Assembly (NCBI GenBank): GCA_964617245.1
Contig: CAZTWF010000106.1
Location: 25,811-89,810 of the forward strand
Length of the DNA: 64,000 nucleotides
Reading direction: 5' to 3'
From: an uncultured Nitrososphaerota archaeon
Lineage (GTDB): Archaea; Thermoproteota; Methanomethylicia; Methanomethylicales; Methanomethylicaceae
Numbering within the stretch: the first letter of the stretch is position 1; each line of letters starts with the position of its first letter. The notes beneath the pieces are model-generated. The model did not search any database. It was not told the origin of the DNA and saw only the letters and a list, made by a program, of their open reading frames with translations. This document shows, one piece after another, positions 63,295-64,000 of the stretch. The position numbers and the translations under genes are program-made.

Positions 63295-64000
63295 TTGCCA
63301 AAATATAGACAGGTTGAAGAAATTGTAAAATTAATGAAGAATAAAGAACTTATTAGAAATATAGGTACTTTAGCTCATGTAGATCATGGTAAAACTACAT
63401 TATCTGATAGTTTATTAGCTGGAGCAGGTATTATATCACAAAAAGTAGCAGCTCAAGTATTGGCACTAGATTATGTTGAAATAGAACAGTTAAGACAAAT
63501 GACTGTTAAAGCTGCAAATATTAGTTTATTACATGAATGGAATGGAAGAAGCTATGTAATAAATCTTGTTGATACACCAGGACATGTAGACTTCACAGGA
63601 CATGTAACTCGTTCTTTAAGAGTTATGGATGGAGGTATATGTGTGGTAGATAGTGTTGAAGGTGTAATGACACAAACTGAAACTGTAATAAGACAAAGTA
63701 TGGAGGAACGTGTTAGACCATTACTTTATATAAATAAAATAGATCGTCTCATAAAGGAATTGCGTCTTACTCCACAAGAAATACAAGATCGTCTTATGAA
63801 GATTATTAAGGAGTTTAATGCATTAATTGAAACTTATGCAGATCCAGAATTTAGAGATAAATGGAAGGTAAATCCAAGTAAAGGACAAGTAGCTTTTGGA
63901 TCTGCATTACATAAATGGGGCTTTACATTACCAATAATTCAATCAAAAGGATTGAAGTTTTCAGATATTATTGATGCATATAATAGAAATGATCTAGAAT
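63295..64000 (+). CDS. fusA: elongation factor 2 (aEF-2), N-terminal part; continues beyond window
   Basis: TTG start; [21 protein letters not shown]1 motif, DTPGHVDF G3. Confidence 0.92.
   Translation, partial: MPKYRQVEEIVKLMKNKELIRNIGTLAHVDHGKTTLSDSLLAGAGIISQKVAAQVLALDYVEIEQLRQMTVKAANISLLHEWNGRSYVINLVDTPGHVDFTGHVTRSLRVMDGGICVVDSVEGVMTQTETVIRQSMEERVRPLLYINKIDRLIKELRLTPQEIQDRLMKIIKEFNALIETYADPEFRDKWKVNPSKGQVAFGSALHKWGFTLPIIQSKGLKFSDIIDAYNRNDLE

Noticed and set aside
1-64000. CRISPR arrays, rRNA genes, transposases/integrases
   Set aside because: No regularly spaced direct repeats, no rRNA-like conserved blocks, and no ORF with transposase/integrase motifs were seen; the window is contiguous core operons

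Overview
The window is a 64-kb stretch of an AT-rich archaeal chromosome, dense with conserved information-processing genes.

Features in order:
- The 5' end holds the N-terminal part of valyl-tRNA synthetase on the minus strand.
- A SPOUT methyltransferase is followed by the large ribosomal-protein cluster (L3-L4-L23-L2-S19-L22-S3-L29-Rpp29-S17-L14-L24-S4e-L5-S14-S8-L6-L32e-L19e-L18-S5-L30-L15), then SecY, archaeal adenylate kinase, DUF106, Cmk, Cbf5 and a methyltransferase.
- A tRNA precedes the S13-S4-S11-RpoD-L18e-L13-S9-RpoN-S2 block.
- Isoprenoid genes follow: Memo-like, a GHMP-kinase-like ORF, IPK, IDI2 and GGPP synthase.
- Next come GluRS and the L7Ae-S28e-L24e-Ndk-aIF5B-S6e-eIF2gamma-PIN-RpoE-Spt4-DUF359 cluster.
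- Glutamate dehydrogenase is on the minus strand, followed by S24e-S27ae-Kae1-Bud32-Ham1-S15-RecJ/GAN, S3Ae, PGM/PMM, a bifunctional sugar-1-P nucleotidyltransferase/acetyltransferase and a radical SAM protein.
- A serA-like dehydrogenase precedes the exosome superoperon: L15e, a DUF54-like ORF, Pop5, an inserted DRE-TIM lyase, PsmA, SBDS, Rrp4, Rrp41, Rrp42, L37ae, Brix, Pcc1 and prefoldin beta.
- The 3' end holds a DHH phosphoesterase, an ECF transporter A-A'-T module, a SIS-domain isomerase and the start of EF-2.

No CRISPR array, rRNA or obvious mobile element was seen.

Main finding: the aIF5B (infB) gene is interrupted by a 22-nt element (31925-31946) that folds into a canonical helix-bulge-helix-bulge-helix motif (5-bp helix, 3-nt bulge, 4-bp helix, 3-nt bulge, 5-bp helix). 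Excising it at the bulges removes an in-frame UAA and restores the aIF5B frame with the expected G1-G2 spacing. This looks like a bona fide archaeal BHB-type mRNA intron in a gene other than cbf5, which is itself intact here.

Other findings:
- The only tRNA in the window appears to be tRNA-Ser(GGA) carrying two 12-nt introns, at 29/30 and 37/38, both with BHB-like bulges.
- A nucleotidyltransferase has ACG where ATG is expected, directly after the in-frame TAA of PGM.
- A second Pcc1-like ORF lies in the +1 frame over the RecJ stop and has no start codon.
- A degenerate GHMP kinase occupies the mevalonate-kinase slot.
- L7Ae carries a lysine/glutamate-rich tail.
- Several genes that normally sit in these clusters (L34e, L14e, RpoK/Eno, Rpp30, RpoP) are absent from this window.
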